From Vicugna vicugna (lineage: Eukaryota), in NCBI GenBank assembly GCA_013265495.1, contig MU060965.1, positions 496,001-560,000 on the forward strand: a stretch of DNA of 64,000 bases, in the 5' to 3' direction. Positions 49,250-61,126 of this stretch are shown here, piece by piece. Made by a program: the position numbers and the translations under genes. The notes beneath the pieces were generated by a model. That model searched no databases. It had not been told where the DNA came from and saw only the letters and a list, made by a program, of their open reading frames with translations. How positions within the stretch are numbered: the stretch's first letter is position 1; each line of letters opens with the position of its first letter.

Positions 49250-52200
49250 GATGGACGTCCCGAGGATGGTGGGGTAGGGAGACCCTGAGCTTGCCCCCTC
49301 CCTCGAGCAGACCAGATCACAGCTGCTTACAGAGCACCTATTGATAGGAACAGCTTGAAGGCAGGAGAGGCTGTCACGACTGAGGATAAAGGAAGGAACC
49401 ACAGCAGAACGGGGGACGGGGGCGGAGATGCAGAACAGCCAAGACCTGCGCGCCTGGGCGGGCGACCCACGCGCGGGAGGGATCCCAGTGGTGGGCCTTC
49501 CCCCAGGGGGCGAGGGGTCTGAGTCCCACACCAGGACCAGCAGCCCCCAAAACATTCGGCTCTGAAGGCCAGTGGGGCTTGGGTACAAGAGAGCCGGAGG
49601 GCTGTGGGGACAGAGATTCTGTTTGTAAAGGGTGCACACGAGATCTCACACCTGCTCCAAGACCCAATGCAGAGGCAATGATTTGAAGGCACCCTGGGTC
49701 AGACGCACTTGGTGATCTTGGAGGGCCTCCTGGAGAAGCAGGAGGCCCTGGGCTCCACTGGGAACACAGATGCTGGCACAGCCCCTCTGGGGAGCTGGTT
49801 CCGCCATGAGGATGCCTGTGCTGGCAAGTGCCAGTCTGTCGCCCTCCCTCTGTCCAGCCTACTGGGGCCAGGGGCTTACCCGCCCAACAGCTGGTCAGCG
49901 CCAGTCAGGGACCCCACAGGCCAAGCAGCCAACTGTGTAGGGACCCAGCCTCACCCCCCAGTGGACTGGCACCAGCACCAGGATGTCCCAGGCCCCACAG
50001 CCATCCCCCCTTAGCCTGGGTCCCAGCCACACCCACCAGCATATTGGCACCAATCCTCGGACCCCCAGACCCTCCAGTCAGCCATTCTGAGACCTGGCTC
50101 CACCCACCAGGGCCAGCAGCCTCTGCACGTGGCAGGGCCTGGCAGCCAGTGGGACCAGGGGCAGCCATGCCTACCAGCACACCCACAGTGATCAGCCCAC
50201 CACGGCAGAAGGGCACATGCAGCCCACGTAGGGAGCACCCCTAGTGCATGTCACTCATGTGACCAGAGGAGAGGCAGCTCCTGGGACCTGTAGAACATCT
50301 GCTGTGTAACCACCTCTCCAAGATCAGAAGTGTGACCAGCCTAACTACTACCTAGAAGTAAGTGCACAGAATCAGGCCAGATGAGGAGGCAGAGAAACAC
50401 GTTCCAGATGATGGAACAAGACAAGACCACAGAACAGCTAAGCAAACTGGAGCTGAGGTCTACCTGACAGAGGTTTAGAGGTCAGTATCTTTGAGATGCT
50501 CAGTGAACTCAGGAGAAGAATGGACAGCACAGTGCGAAGTTTCACACAGAGCTAGAAAAAGGTAAAGAAGAACTGAACAGAGCTGAAGAACACAATACCT
50601 GGAATAAAATGTATGCCAGAAGGAATCAACAGTAGATTAGATGCTACGGAGAAACAGATCTGTGAGCTGGAAGATGGAGTAGTAGAAATCATTGCTGCTG
50701 AACAGGAAAAAGAAAGGAGAATTTTTAAAAAATGAAGTGAGTTTAAGGGACCACCAGGATAATATCAAGTGTACTAACATTTGTGTAACAGGGGTCCCAG
50801 AAGGAGAAGAGAGAAAGTAAGGGGCAGAGGGCTGATTTGAAGAGATAATAGTTGAAAACTTCCTTAACCTGCGAAAGGAAACAGACATCCAAGTCCAGGA
50901 AATGCAGAGAGTCCCAAAAGGATCAACCCAAAGAGAAACACACCAAGAGACATACTAATTAAAATGGCGAAAAGCAAAGATAACGAGAGAATATTAAAAA
51001 CGGCAAGAGGAAAGCAACAAGTCGCACACGGGGGACTCCCATCAGCCCATCAGCGGCCTTTTCAGCAGGAGCCTGCAGGCCGGAGGGGAGGGGCACGGCA
51101 TGTCCCAGGTGATGAACGGGGAAGCCTACAAGCTTCCGCTTCAGCTGAAGCAGAAACCACGTTCTGCAGGCGAGCAGGACGCTGTCCAGGAGAGATCACA
51201 TGCCAGGCCACAAGGTGATACTCAGTAAATCTAAGAAGGTTGAAATCGTACCAGACGTCTCTTTCAGCCATAACAGCGTGAGACTAGAAATCAGTCGTGA
51301 GGGTAGAAACAAGAAGAACACAGACACGTGGAGGCCAGACAGTCCGTGGGCCACCAAAGGAATCAATGAGGAGATTAAAACAAATACCTGGAGACAAATG
51401 AAAACGGAAACACAGGATCCAGAATCTATGAGGTGCAGCAAAGGCGGTTCTCAGAGGGGAGTTTATGGTGATACAAGCTACTCGGAGACAAGGAAAGTCC
51501 CCAGCAACCCAACCTTACACTTTTTAAAGGAGCTTGAAAAAGCAGACAAAACCCAGAGTTAGGAGGAGGAAGAAAATAAAGATCAGAGCAGGAAAAATGG
51601 AGACGAAAGAAAGAAAAGGAAGGAAGGAAAGAAGGAAGGAAGAAAACGAAAGACAAGTTCAATGAAACTAAGAGCTTGTTCTTTGGAAAGGTAAACAAAA
51701 TTGGTGAACCTTTAGCCAGACTCATCAAGAGAAAAAGAGAGGGGGCCCAAATAAGATGAGAAACGGAAAAGAGGTTACGTCCACACCACAGAAACACACA
51801 GGAGCATAAGAGACCACTGCAAATGCCTATACACCAGTTAAAAGGACAGCCCAGAGGGAGTGGGTAAACGCCTAGAAAGGTACAGCCTCCCAAGACTGAA
51901 TCAGGAAGAAATAGAAAATATGAGCAGACCAATGACCAGAAATGAACTGAGTCAGCAATCAAAAAGCTCCCATCAAACCAAAGTCCGGGTCCAGATGCCC
52001 TCACGGGCGAATTCTGCCAAACGTTTAAAGAAGAGTCAGTGCCTGTCTGTCTCAAACTATTCCAAAAAACTGAATAGGAAAGAATGCCCCAAAGTTATTC
52101 TATGAGGCCATCATCACCCTGGTACCAAAACCACACGAAGGTATTACCAAAAACAGAGAAAATTGCAGGCCTGTATCACTGCCGAATGTTAGATGCAAAT

Positions 52201-52920
52201 ATCCTCCACAAAATATTAGAAACTCGATTCACAACACATTAAGAGAATCACACACCAAGATCAGGTGGGGTTTTTCCCCAGGGATGTGAGGATGGTTCAA
52301 TAGCTGCAAATCAGTCCGTGTGAGACACCACAGTAACAAAGTGAAGAATCGAAATCGTATGAGCATCTCCATGGATGCAGAAAAATCTCCTGAGAAAATT
52401 CTGCATCTACTTACTATAAATATTTTCAGCAAAGCGAGTGGGGAGGAAACATCGCTTAGCATAATGAGGGCCGTGTGTGACAGGCCTTGCCATTTGTGAG
52501 AACGTGGATGGCCTAGAGGGTGTTGTGCTGAGTGGAGCACGTTAGACAGAGAAAGCCAAATACTGCGTGATTTCACTTCTACGTAGAATCTAAGAAACAG
52601 AACAAATGAACAAATGTAACAAAACAGAAACAGAGCCATAAATACAGGGCACAAACGAGTGGTTGCCTGAGTGGAGGAGGTCGGGGGATGAGTGACCTAG
52701 GTGAAGGAGATTAAGAGGCACAGACTTCCATTTATATAATAAACGAGCCACAGGGATGGAATGTACAGTGTGGGGAACATAGTCAATAACTATGTAATAT
52801 CTTTGTATGGTGACAGGTTGTGACTAGATTTACGCTGGTGATCAACTCGTAATGCGTACAAATGTTGAATCACTACGTTGTGCTCCTGGGACTAATACTG
52901 TGTTGTTCAATAAGACAACA
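49250..52920 (+). mobile_element. Old, internally deleted L1 (5' UTR, ORF1, ORF2 pieces, 3' end)
   Basis: ORF1-like agaaggaatcaacagtagattagatg..caagtccaggaaatgcagagagtccc and ORF2-like aaaggtacagcctcccaagactgaatcaggaagaaatagaaaat. The 3' end reads gtaatatctttgtatggtgacagg. Multiple frameshifts and stops. Confidence 0.85.
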
Positions 52921-53239
52921 GCCACAATCACAGAACAAATGGCAGGAACCCCAGGAGCCATGGGCACTTAGATCAGGGGGGCGGTATGACTGTGCAGTTT
53001 CATACCAGCCGTGGGCAGCGTGGCTGGACTCCCACACGGGAGGGAGAAGTGGTTACTTCGTTGAGGGCACTGATACATGATGAGATTAACTTAACCCTCT
53101 TGGTAATCTGAGTGGATATTTAGGCCGACAGCTAAGGCACAACCTGTGACTCCCTCTACAGCCCATGGCCCTCAGTAAAGAAAGCACAGACTGAAGTCCA
53201 GTATGCAGGCGGAGCAGACAAGCATCGTGCAGATACACG

Positions 53240-54600
53240 TGTGTGTGTGATAGATGTCATGTATGTAATTCTATTAATGTGATACATTACGTTGATTTTC
53301 TTATGTTGAACAACTTTTCCATTCCTTGGATAAATCCCCCTTGGTCATGTCGTATACTTTGATGAAAGATATGAATCTACTTATTCAAGAAGCTCGATGA
53401 ACCTAAAACAGAATAAACTCAAAGAGTCCTACGTTGAGACACTTTATAATCAAACTCGAAAGGTAAAGGCAGAGATTCTGGAAAGTGGTGAGATGTGGCT
53501 CATCGCTTACAAGGGATCCTCAGTAAGGTTAATAGCCAATTTCTCTTCAGAAACCATGGAGGCCAGAGGCAGTAGGATGACATATTTGAAGTACTGAAAG
53601 AAAACACAATAACCTGCCAATCAAGAGTTTATACCCAGCAGATCTGTGCTTCAGAAATAAGATTCCCAGAGAGACGGAAGCAAAGGGAGTCGCTTCCACT
53701 GAACCTGAGCGCATCTTTCGGGTGGACACGTGAGGACCCTGGACGATGACCAGAGACCATGTGAAGGTAAATACACGGGCAAATACAAAACTGTCACTGT
53801 AGTTTTGTTTTTTAACTATACTTTTTATTTCCTATATGATTTAAATGACAGCTGTATAAATATAATTATACATATGTTACTGAGCAAATAATGTATGTGT
53901 TAAACGAATCAAATTCCCCTATCAAAATACGTAGATTGATGGAATGGATAAAAAGTAGCATACAGCCGTCTGCTGTCTGCAGAAGACCGAGTCTCAGCCG
54001 AAGGTCACGCATAGGTTGAAAGTGAAAGATGGAAAAAGAGCTTACTTGCAGTTCGTAACCGAAAGGCAGCGTGAGTGGCTGCACTAACATCGGACAGAGC
54101 AGACCCTACGTAGGTGTTTTGTAAGAGACAAAGAAGGACGTTATGCAATGATGATCGTAATAAGCTAACACTAAGTCCTTCTCTGTCTCTTGCAACAGTT
54201 ATGGACAGGTAAATTCGCCAGGAAGACGCAGCAGTTGTGAGTGTGTTTACACTAAACACCTGAGCTAGATCCGTAAACAAACTGGCAGAATTGAAGGGCA
54301 GGCAGCTGCACAACAACACGGGAGACCTCGATACCCCACTTTCAACAGCGGGCAGAACGCCCAGAGGGCTTCACAGCGCTGCAGACCGCTGGGGCCTCCC
54401 TGCTGCGTGCGGAGCGTTTCACCTGGCGGCAGCAGAAGCGTGGTCTTCCCAGGGGCGCGCGCAGCGTCCTCCAGGACTAGGTCCCTGGGGACCCTGCCCA
54501 CACTCTCTGAGGCAGCAGTGCCCTGGAGAGCACGTCAGACTTGGAGTCTCTTTATTCAGTGCCCCCTAGTTTCTCGTCAACCCAGGTCAGCCCCTTGAAG
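53240..54600. mobile_element. L1 fragments (short antisense ORF2 piece, then sense ORF1/endonuclease piece)
   Basis: ttcttatgttgaacaacttttccattcc (antisense); ccaatttctcttcagaaaccatggaggccagaggcagtaggatgacatatt (sense). Confidence 0.7.
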
Positions 54601-55300
54601 AATCTTAAGCAGGAAGTATCATGATCTAATTTCCATTTTAAAACCGTCACTCTGGCTGATGAATAGATGAGAGAACTGAGTAGAGCAAGGCTGGAGGAAG
54701 GGAGAGAGGGGTTGTGTGCACAGCCCTCAGTGAGGAGGAGGACAGCTCGGCCAGGGTGGCAGAGGAGATGAGGAAAAGCAGAGGGGTTCGAGATATTTCA
54801 GAAACACGTAGATTGGCAGGATGGGTCGCTTTTAGTTGGCAAAGCCAAGTGTGGTACTTGACTTCTGTCTGCGTTTCCTGTGTGAATAGCTAGGTTGACA
54901 TAGTCCATTTCCTGCGTGACGAGGTGCTGGAGGAGGAGCTGGTTTGGGAGAAGAGTCCTGAGTTCATGATTGGCTGTATCAAACGACATTTGAAAGACGA
55001 ATCACGTTGCCAAATTGTCTTACTAACCAGCACTCCCACTGATGGCACGCGAAACCAAGGCTGAAGGAGTTTGTGTTGTAGCCAGAGAACACAGAACTAG
55101 ACGGAGAAAAACCAGGTATCTGTGCTGCTGGAGTGGACGGGGCAGAGGAGGAGTGAGGCGCTGGCCTGGAGCAGGGAGGTGGCCAGAGGAGCACAGAGCT
55201 GGCGTGGGGGAGCGCGATGAACTTGCCCCCGTTTTTCCCGCTGATCTCAGAACGCGGGTCTTGTCTTCAGACTTTCTCAACTTTGCCCTCTTTTCACCCT
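54600..55300 (-). mobile_element. L2 remnant
   Basis: ttttaaaaccgtcactctggctgatg..ggaggaggagctggtttgggagaagagtcctgagttc. Confidence 0.5.
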
Positions 55301-55959
55301 CTTTCTGCCTCTCCTGTGTCCCAGTCCTGTCAGTCCAGCCGTCTTTCTCCCTCCTTCTCTTTCTCTTTAGTGCCTTCCTCTCAGCCTGCAAAACGCTCAG
55401 GTCCTCCATCTCCCACCAGCCCCCCTCCACTGGCTTCCCGAGGCTCCCACCCCACCGCTTCCCTGCCGGACCCGTTCGCTGCCGCACCCCCGTGCCCCCT
55501 TCGAGGGTGCCCCTGCCCTGCATTGTTGAATCTGCCCTGCCAGTGCCATCGGGCATCTGACTGCCAGGCTGAACGGCCTCTCTTCACCTGCTGATGGCCC
55601 CTCCTATTTGAAGCAGGACCTTTCTTGTTTCTACACATCACCTGATCCAGCTTCTCAGCTCTTGTCCTCCTCACTTCTGAGCCCAGGCCTCAACCAGCCC
55701 CTGACTCTGGCCCTTCTGGGTCGGCGCTGGCCAGGGTCAGTCCCTGGATCTGGTGTGGGCCTCCTGACTGCTCACCTCTCAACCATGTCCTGTCCCACGT
55801 GGTGTCCTGCAACCTCTCCTCTGGCCACCAAGGAGCTTATTTCTCTGAAACACAAGTCGCTCTTCCACATTTGGAAGAAACTGCCAATTGTCTTCCTTCG
55901 TGGACCTTCAGATGCTGAGCTAGGATTGGGCCTAGGACAATGACTAGGTTTCGAGCATC

Positions 55960-56450
55960 ACTTCTGGCCAGGTGTGGCCCCAGCTAAGCCAGTAGGGCTG
56001 CTCTGGTCTGAGTCTTTGCAGCCCCTCAGAACGCGTGTGTTGAACTCAAAGCCCCAGCAAGGTGTGAAAGGTGGCAGGACGTGACACTCCCTCAGGAGAA
56101 GCTCTGCAAACGGCGGGGGCGGCCTTCCACAGAGGAGAGGTATGTCTGCAAAGGACATCTCCATTTGTCAGTATCTCCACGTCTGTCCCAGGAGACGGCT
56201 GAGGAAGCCGCAAGGAACACCCACACATGGAGAGGGCGGGGGCGTGGCCCGCACGACCGCCTTCCTTGCTTCCCGGTTTTCCTGGTCGCCTCCCCGCCAC
56301 TAGCCTCCCCCACACGCTTCTTTCTTTTGTCTTTAGCTGAACATGGTAGTTAATCCTGAGCTCTAAGCCACCTCAGGGAGTTATTCACTTTCCCCAGCGT
56401 CCTCCCCTCCCATGTACACAGGAGGCACACATGTTCAACTTTGGCTTCTC
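55960..56450 (+). mobile_element. ERV LTR-like remnant (MER34-like), abutted by an antisense L1 3' tail at about 56452-56560
   Basis: cccctcccatgtacacaggaggcacacatgttcaactt, then ttttttttagttgacgtatagttgattacaatgttgtgttagtttctggtgtacaacaaagtgattcag. Confidence 0.45.
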
Positions 56451-59319
56451 TCATTTTTTTTTTAGTTGACGTATAGTTGATTACAATGTTGTGTTAGTTT
56501 CTGGTGTACAACAAAGTGATTCAGTTACACGTATATATATAGTTATGTATGTGTACAGGGAGGTAAGCAGCTGTGCATACGTGCACATGCAGGAACATGT
56601 GTACTCGTGTGCACACACGCACACTCGCACACGCATCTGTATATTCTCAGCTGGTCACAGCCCGTCTCAGTGGCACCTTCAACGTGAAGCCGTCCCTGAG
56701 TTCCTGCGCTGTGCTTCCAAGCATGAATGGAGTCTTGCCCCTTATTCATATTTGACTGCATGGGAATGTCTCTCCTGTTTGATCTGAGCTCCTGTCAAAC
56801 TCACCTGCACAGCGTCAGCATGTGCTCAGAGCTCAGCAGTGTGTGGTGAGTGAGGAGAGCAGGAAAGGTGAAGCCTTTGAAATTGTGGTTTGTCTTCTTA
56901 TCAAAGGACTGCATTTCCACCTGCTTATTTCTCGGCTGAAGGAATCTGAGCACCAGGGAGGCTGGGCTGCTCCCCAAGGCCACTTGACCCCCTTCGTCTC
57001 AGCAGTATCCTCGCAGGTGGGCTGCAGGGGCCTGCTCTGAATCAGCAGGGTGAGTGGGCAGCAGCAGGGAAGGGCCCAGAGGCAACCAGCTGGACGTACA
57101 GCCACTTCCCTAACATCGTGCTTTCCCTCCTGGTGCTGCCTCCCGCCCACTGACGGCAAGGGGACCCTGCTGAGGAAGGAGATGACGCTTCCGACCTCGC
57201 ACTGCAGGACCCCGGGGAGAATGACCCTGACACTGTCCTGGGCAGAGCAACGAGAAGCCACACAGAAGGAACTCTTTGGAAGAATTGTGGGGCTAATTGG
57301 CAAAGGAGTGAAAGGGACCTCTTTCATTGCAAAGGCAGGCATTTCAGATGAAAAGCAAAGAAACGGTGAAGCAGCAAACAGGGCTGGTAATAGAAATCTG
57401 AGAAGATTGGGTGCTGTGACCTTCTAGAATTCGTCTGATCCAAGGGGGAGCTTTTCAGAGGACCGTGACTTCAGCCTGTGAGTGGTTGCGCAAATCTTTA
57501 AGCTTGAGCACAATAATGCAAGAGTGTCAAGGACTGACCTCCTTCCAAGAGGAGGCTGTTGCTTCGATCAGAAATTTTCAAAGGCAGTCATGATGAAGGA
57601 AGAGAGAGAAACAAAGGCATCTTCATGTGTCCGGGTGGTGGGCGGGACTCAGAAAGGCCACCTCTTTGCGGGGGGGGGGCAGGTGGAGAGCGAGGGAACC
57701 AGGGGCTTTTCCTGAGGTCTGCAAGCAAGCAATCCGATTTACTTTTATGTCATGATACATACAAGTAAGCAGAACCAATTTTTCTAAAGATGTCTTTTAT
57801 TGATATTTGGCCAAAGAATGAGAAAATGTCACTTGTCCACATGTAGAAACACATCCCCCATCAGGCCTGTCCCCCTCTGTCCTCCCACCTCTTGGTGTCA
57901 CCATTGCTGTGGTGACCCAAGAAGATGGAAAACAGAAAGTGGGTGGAGAAAAGACCCGTCATTGAGGGAGGAACCAAAGACAAACTGGATATTTAACAAA
58001 CAGATTTAGAATGATGGTTTTCAAGGGATCAGAACACCTTCTCTTTAAAGGACCATTCAGTGGGGGTGCGGCAAGGATTTGTCACACGCTGACTCCGCAG
58101 AGCAGACACACACAGAGGGAGCTTTTGAGAGAGGAAGCCATCTTCCTGGGAAGACCCGATCACTTCCTTCTAATAAAACACAGAACAGAAACATTTTCCT
58201 GGTTTCCTGGACATAGTGATGGCACAGCGCCTGGGAGGGGATCAGGTCAAGCTGCAGAGAATTCTGTACTTTTTAACACAGGAGTGGGGGTTCTGTGGGA
58301 TATGTGGCTATGGAGAGGCAGAAAGTCCCAAGTACGCCATGGCTGTGGTAGCTCTTGCCAGTTCAAGTATCTCACTAGTGACTTCTGTGCAGAAATGGTG
58401 CTGGATGTGAGAGCTAGTCACCCCACATGAATACTGTCGAGTGATCAGAACCTCAGATCTGTAGGGAGAGGGTTAAGGTTCCCACTCCGACCCTCCGTTT
58501 CTTCCTGACTCCGGGCCCCCACCCTCCCCAAGAGGCTTTCTGCCCTGTGCATTTGGGTCCAAGGGCTGGGAGCGGGGCTTCCGTCTGTCATCTGAGGGTG
58601 AGTATTCAAATACAGCGAAAAAAAAAAGAATATCTGTGGAAGAAAAGCTGAGCTAGTAACAGGAGGAACAGCACCGAGGATTGCAGGTTTGGAAATCAGG
58701 GGCCCTGCCCATGGGTGGGGAGCTGTGTGCATTTCGCCTGCAGAGAAGTAAGGCGTCTGCCTGCAGGAGTGGGAGGCCGGTCCCCCCTCCATACCTGTTT
58801 CTCTAAGTGCCTGCGTACTAATCAGCAGAATGTGAAGATACCTGCTCTCCTCAAGAAATCAACGCTAATTAAGACGTTACAGCTTAAGGCTGAAGTGGCT
58901 TTACTAGAGGCAGGAGTGGGAGTGGTCAGCACAAAAGTGGTTAAACTGTGAAACCGTTTTAGACGAGTGCAATGCAGCACCTCGCCTGCAGGGAAGAGAC
59001 AGGCCTTTGCTTGGCGCTCAAGTCCTCTGCACACCGCTGCCTGGTGCCCTGGACTTTGGGCATGACTCCCAGGCCTTGCCCACCCTCTGCTAGGTCTCCG
59101 GCAGCTGGGGCCCAGTGCCCTGGCGGTGGTGGGCTCCAGGGGGACAAATATTCAGGGCTCAGGGCTCACTGTCCCCTAGGTCCAGTCCATCTGGCGATGA
59201 GGAGCAAACCCGCACCCTTCAGCGCAGAGGATTAGCGGAATCTGGGCGGAGGTTGGGTGTGGACATGGAAGCCACTGGCAGGGCAGGAACAGGAGAGCAC
59301 AGGGTGGACTGGGCCCTCC

Positions 59320-59920
59320 GTGCTGCACGTGCGCACACACCAGCCTCCTCCATGTACCTACACACGCACAGGTCTGGCCGCCTCTCCTTGTGCACATATG
59401 CATATCCCCGTCTGTACACGCCCACGGGCACAAACCCAGCCTGCCTTTCTCTTCCACGAGTATACATACACACTGCGCACTCACTTGACCCCCAGTCCTC
59501 CGTGTGCGCACACCTGCAGGTGCACACACATGCTCCACCCCTGTCCTAGGTGTGCGCGCTCATGCATACATCCCTTGCCCCTGGCTGCGCACACACGTAC
59601 GTGCACAACTGGTCCCGGCCCCCGTGTGCATACACACTTACCTGTACACCTTGCCCCAGTCCCCCGGGTACCCACACATCCACCCACAGTCGGCCCCTGT
59701 CCCCCTTGTGCACACACACCGACATGCACTCCAGCCCCTATCCCCCGCGTGCGCACGCACGCAGTGCACCTCCTGCCCCTGTACCCGGTGTGCGCACACG
59801 TGCACACATCCCGGGCCCGAACCCCCCGCGCGCGCACCGCGGCTTCCGGGGCCAGGCCCTCCTCTCCATCCCTGCCAGGCGCGCGCACACAGGCGCACAC
59901 GCGGGCACGCGCAGGCGCAG
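59320..59920. repeat. Degenerate (CA/CG/TG) alternating purine-pyrimidine low-complexity tract
   Basis: Repeated gtgcacacac / gcgcacac / tacacac words, read directly. Confidence 0.8.
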
Positions 59921-59940
59921 CCTTCCCCTTAGAGCGCGAG

Positions 59941-60083
59941 NNNNNNNNNNNNNNNNNNNNNNNNNNNNNNNNNNNNNNNNNNNNNNNNNNNNNNNNNNNN
60001 NNNNNNNNNNNNNNNNNNNNNNNNNNNNNNNNNNNNNNNNNNNNNNNNNNNNNNNNNNNNNNNNNNNNNNNNNNNNNNNNNNN
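59941..60083. other. Assembly gap (143 N)
   Basis: Run of N. Confidence 1.
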
Positions 60084-60425
60084 CCCGACGCTCGCAGGGT
60101 GAGCCCCGCGCCCCGGCGCCTCGGCAGGGCAGGGACCCCGGCCGAGCGCCGCCGGGACCGCCCTCCCCTCCCGCCCGCCTGCCCGCGCCCGCCTGTCTGC
60201 GCGCCGACCGCCCGCCAGGTGCGGCGGGCCGGGGTCCCGTAGGGGCGCGCGCCGGCAGGGCGCCCGCGGACCCCGACCGACCCCCACCCCCGCGCGCCGC
60301 GTGCGCTCGACCCCGGTCCCCGCGCGCCCAAGGCCGCCGCGTGGGGCCCCCAGGTGACCGGCCCGGCGCGGTCGGGGTCCGGGGGCCCCGGGCGCGGCCT
60401 GCAGGCGGCCTCCGGCGGAGCAGCG

Positions 60426-60494
60426 NNNNNNNNNNNNNNNNNNNNNNNNNNNNNNNNNNNNNNNNNNNNNNNNNNNNNNNNNNNNNNNNNNNNN
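60426..60494. other. Assembly gap (69 N)
   Basis: Run of N. Confidence 1.
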
Positions 60495-61114
60495 TCCGCG
60501 CGCGGCGGGGGTCGGGGCGGGGCGGGGCGGGTCCGTGCGCGCAGGGTCCGGGGTCCGCGGTCCGGGGCTCTGGATGCAGGCGGCGCTGCCCGACCTGCCC
60601 GCCGACTGCCGGTTCCGGCGCGCGGGGGGCGCTCGCGGGATGCGGCCGCGGCCTAGTGACAGGCTGGAGGCCGGACCCCGGAAGCCCACCTGTCAGAGTT
60701 ACCGGTCGGCCGGTGGTCGCCGGAGGGCGGGGGGTGCAGGTGGGGAGCGCATGTGCGCTGGGACGCGGGGCTGCGCCCGGGTGGGGGCGCGGGCCGCGGT
60801 GCCAGACTCGTCCGCGCTGGGTCTTTGTGCGCGTCTGTGGAGGCCAGGCGGGCACCCTGGTGTTGGCCGAGCTGCCATTCCAGAGAGGACTTTAAAACCC
60901 CGGGGTGGGGGTGTTTCTGCCGGCCGCTCCCGCGCCCGGGGGATGGAGCGCGGTTGGGAAAGGAAGGTGCCTCCGACCTGGAAAGGCGGTGGGGACGAGG
61001 TGGTGCTGCGGGATCCTCACTCATTGCTTGTTTTTCCTTCCTTCTTCCCAGAAAAACCATTTTTCTTCTGTGGAGGGCGAACACTTATAGCATCGATTTC
61101 ACGGATCTGGTAAC

Positions 61115-61126
61115 ATGGCAAAAGAT
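61115..61126 (+). CDS. TFDP1: Transcription factor Dp-1, first coding exon (MAKD); whole exon 61052-61126
   Basis: Acceptor CCTTCTTCCCAG|AAAAACCATTTTTC...GGATCTGGTAAC ATG GCA AAA GAT|GTGAGT matches the TFDP1 exon 2 structure and the synteny. Confidence 0.9.

Larger units (their letters stand above)
59700..61000 (+). promoter_or_regulatory. TFDP1: TFDP1 CpG island promoter and non-coding first exon(s); NRF1-like GCGCAGGCGCA at 59909-59919
   Basis: Extreme GC/CpG density directly upstream of the TFDP1 start exon. Candidate donors at 60098/60099 and 60218/60219. Confidence 0.85.

Noticed and set aside
53240-53700. Inverted L1 junction suggesting twin priming
   Set aside because: The inverted piece derives from ORF2 and the sense piece from ORF1, the wrong order for twin priming. 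Separate insertions or rearrangement are more likely.
59257-60855. Long His/Thr/Arg/Pro-rich ORFs (281, 402, 308 aa)
   Set aside because: These are artefacts of the CA-rich tract, the CpG island and translation through N gaps.
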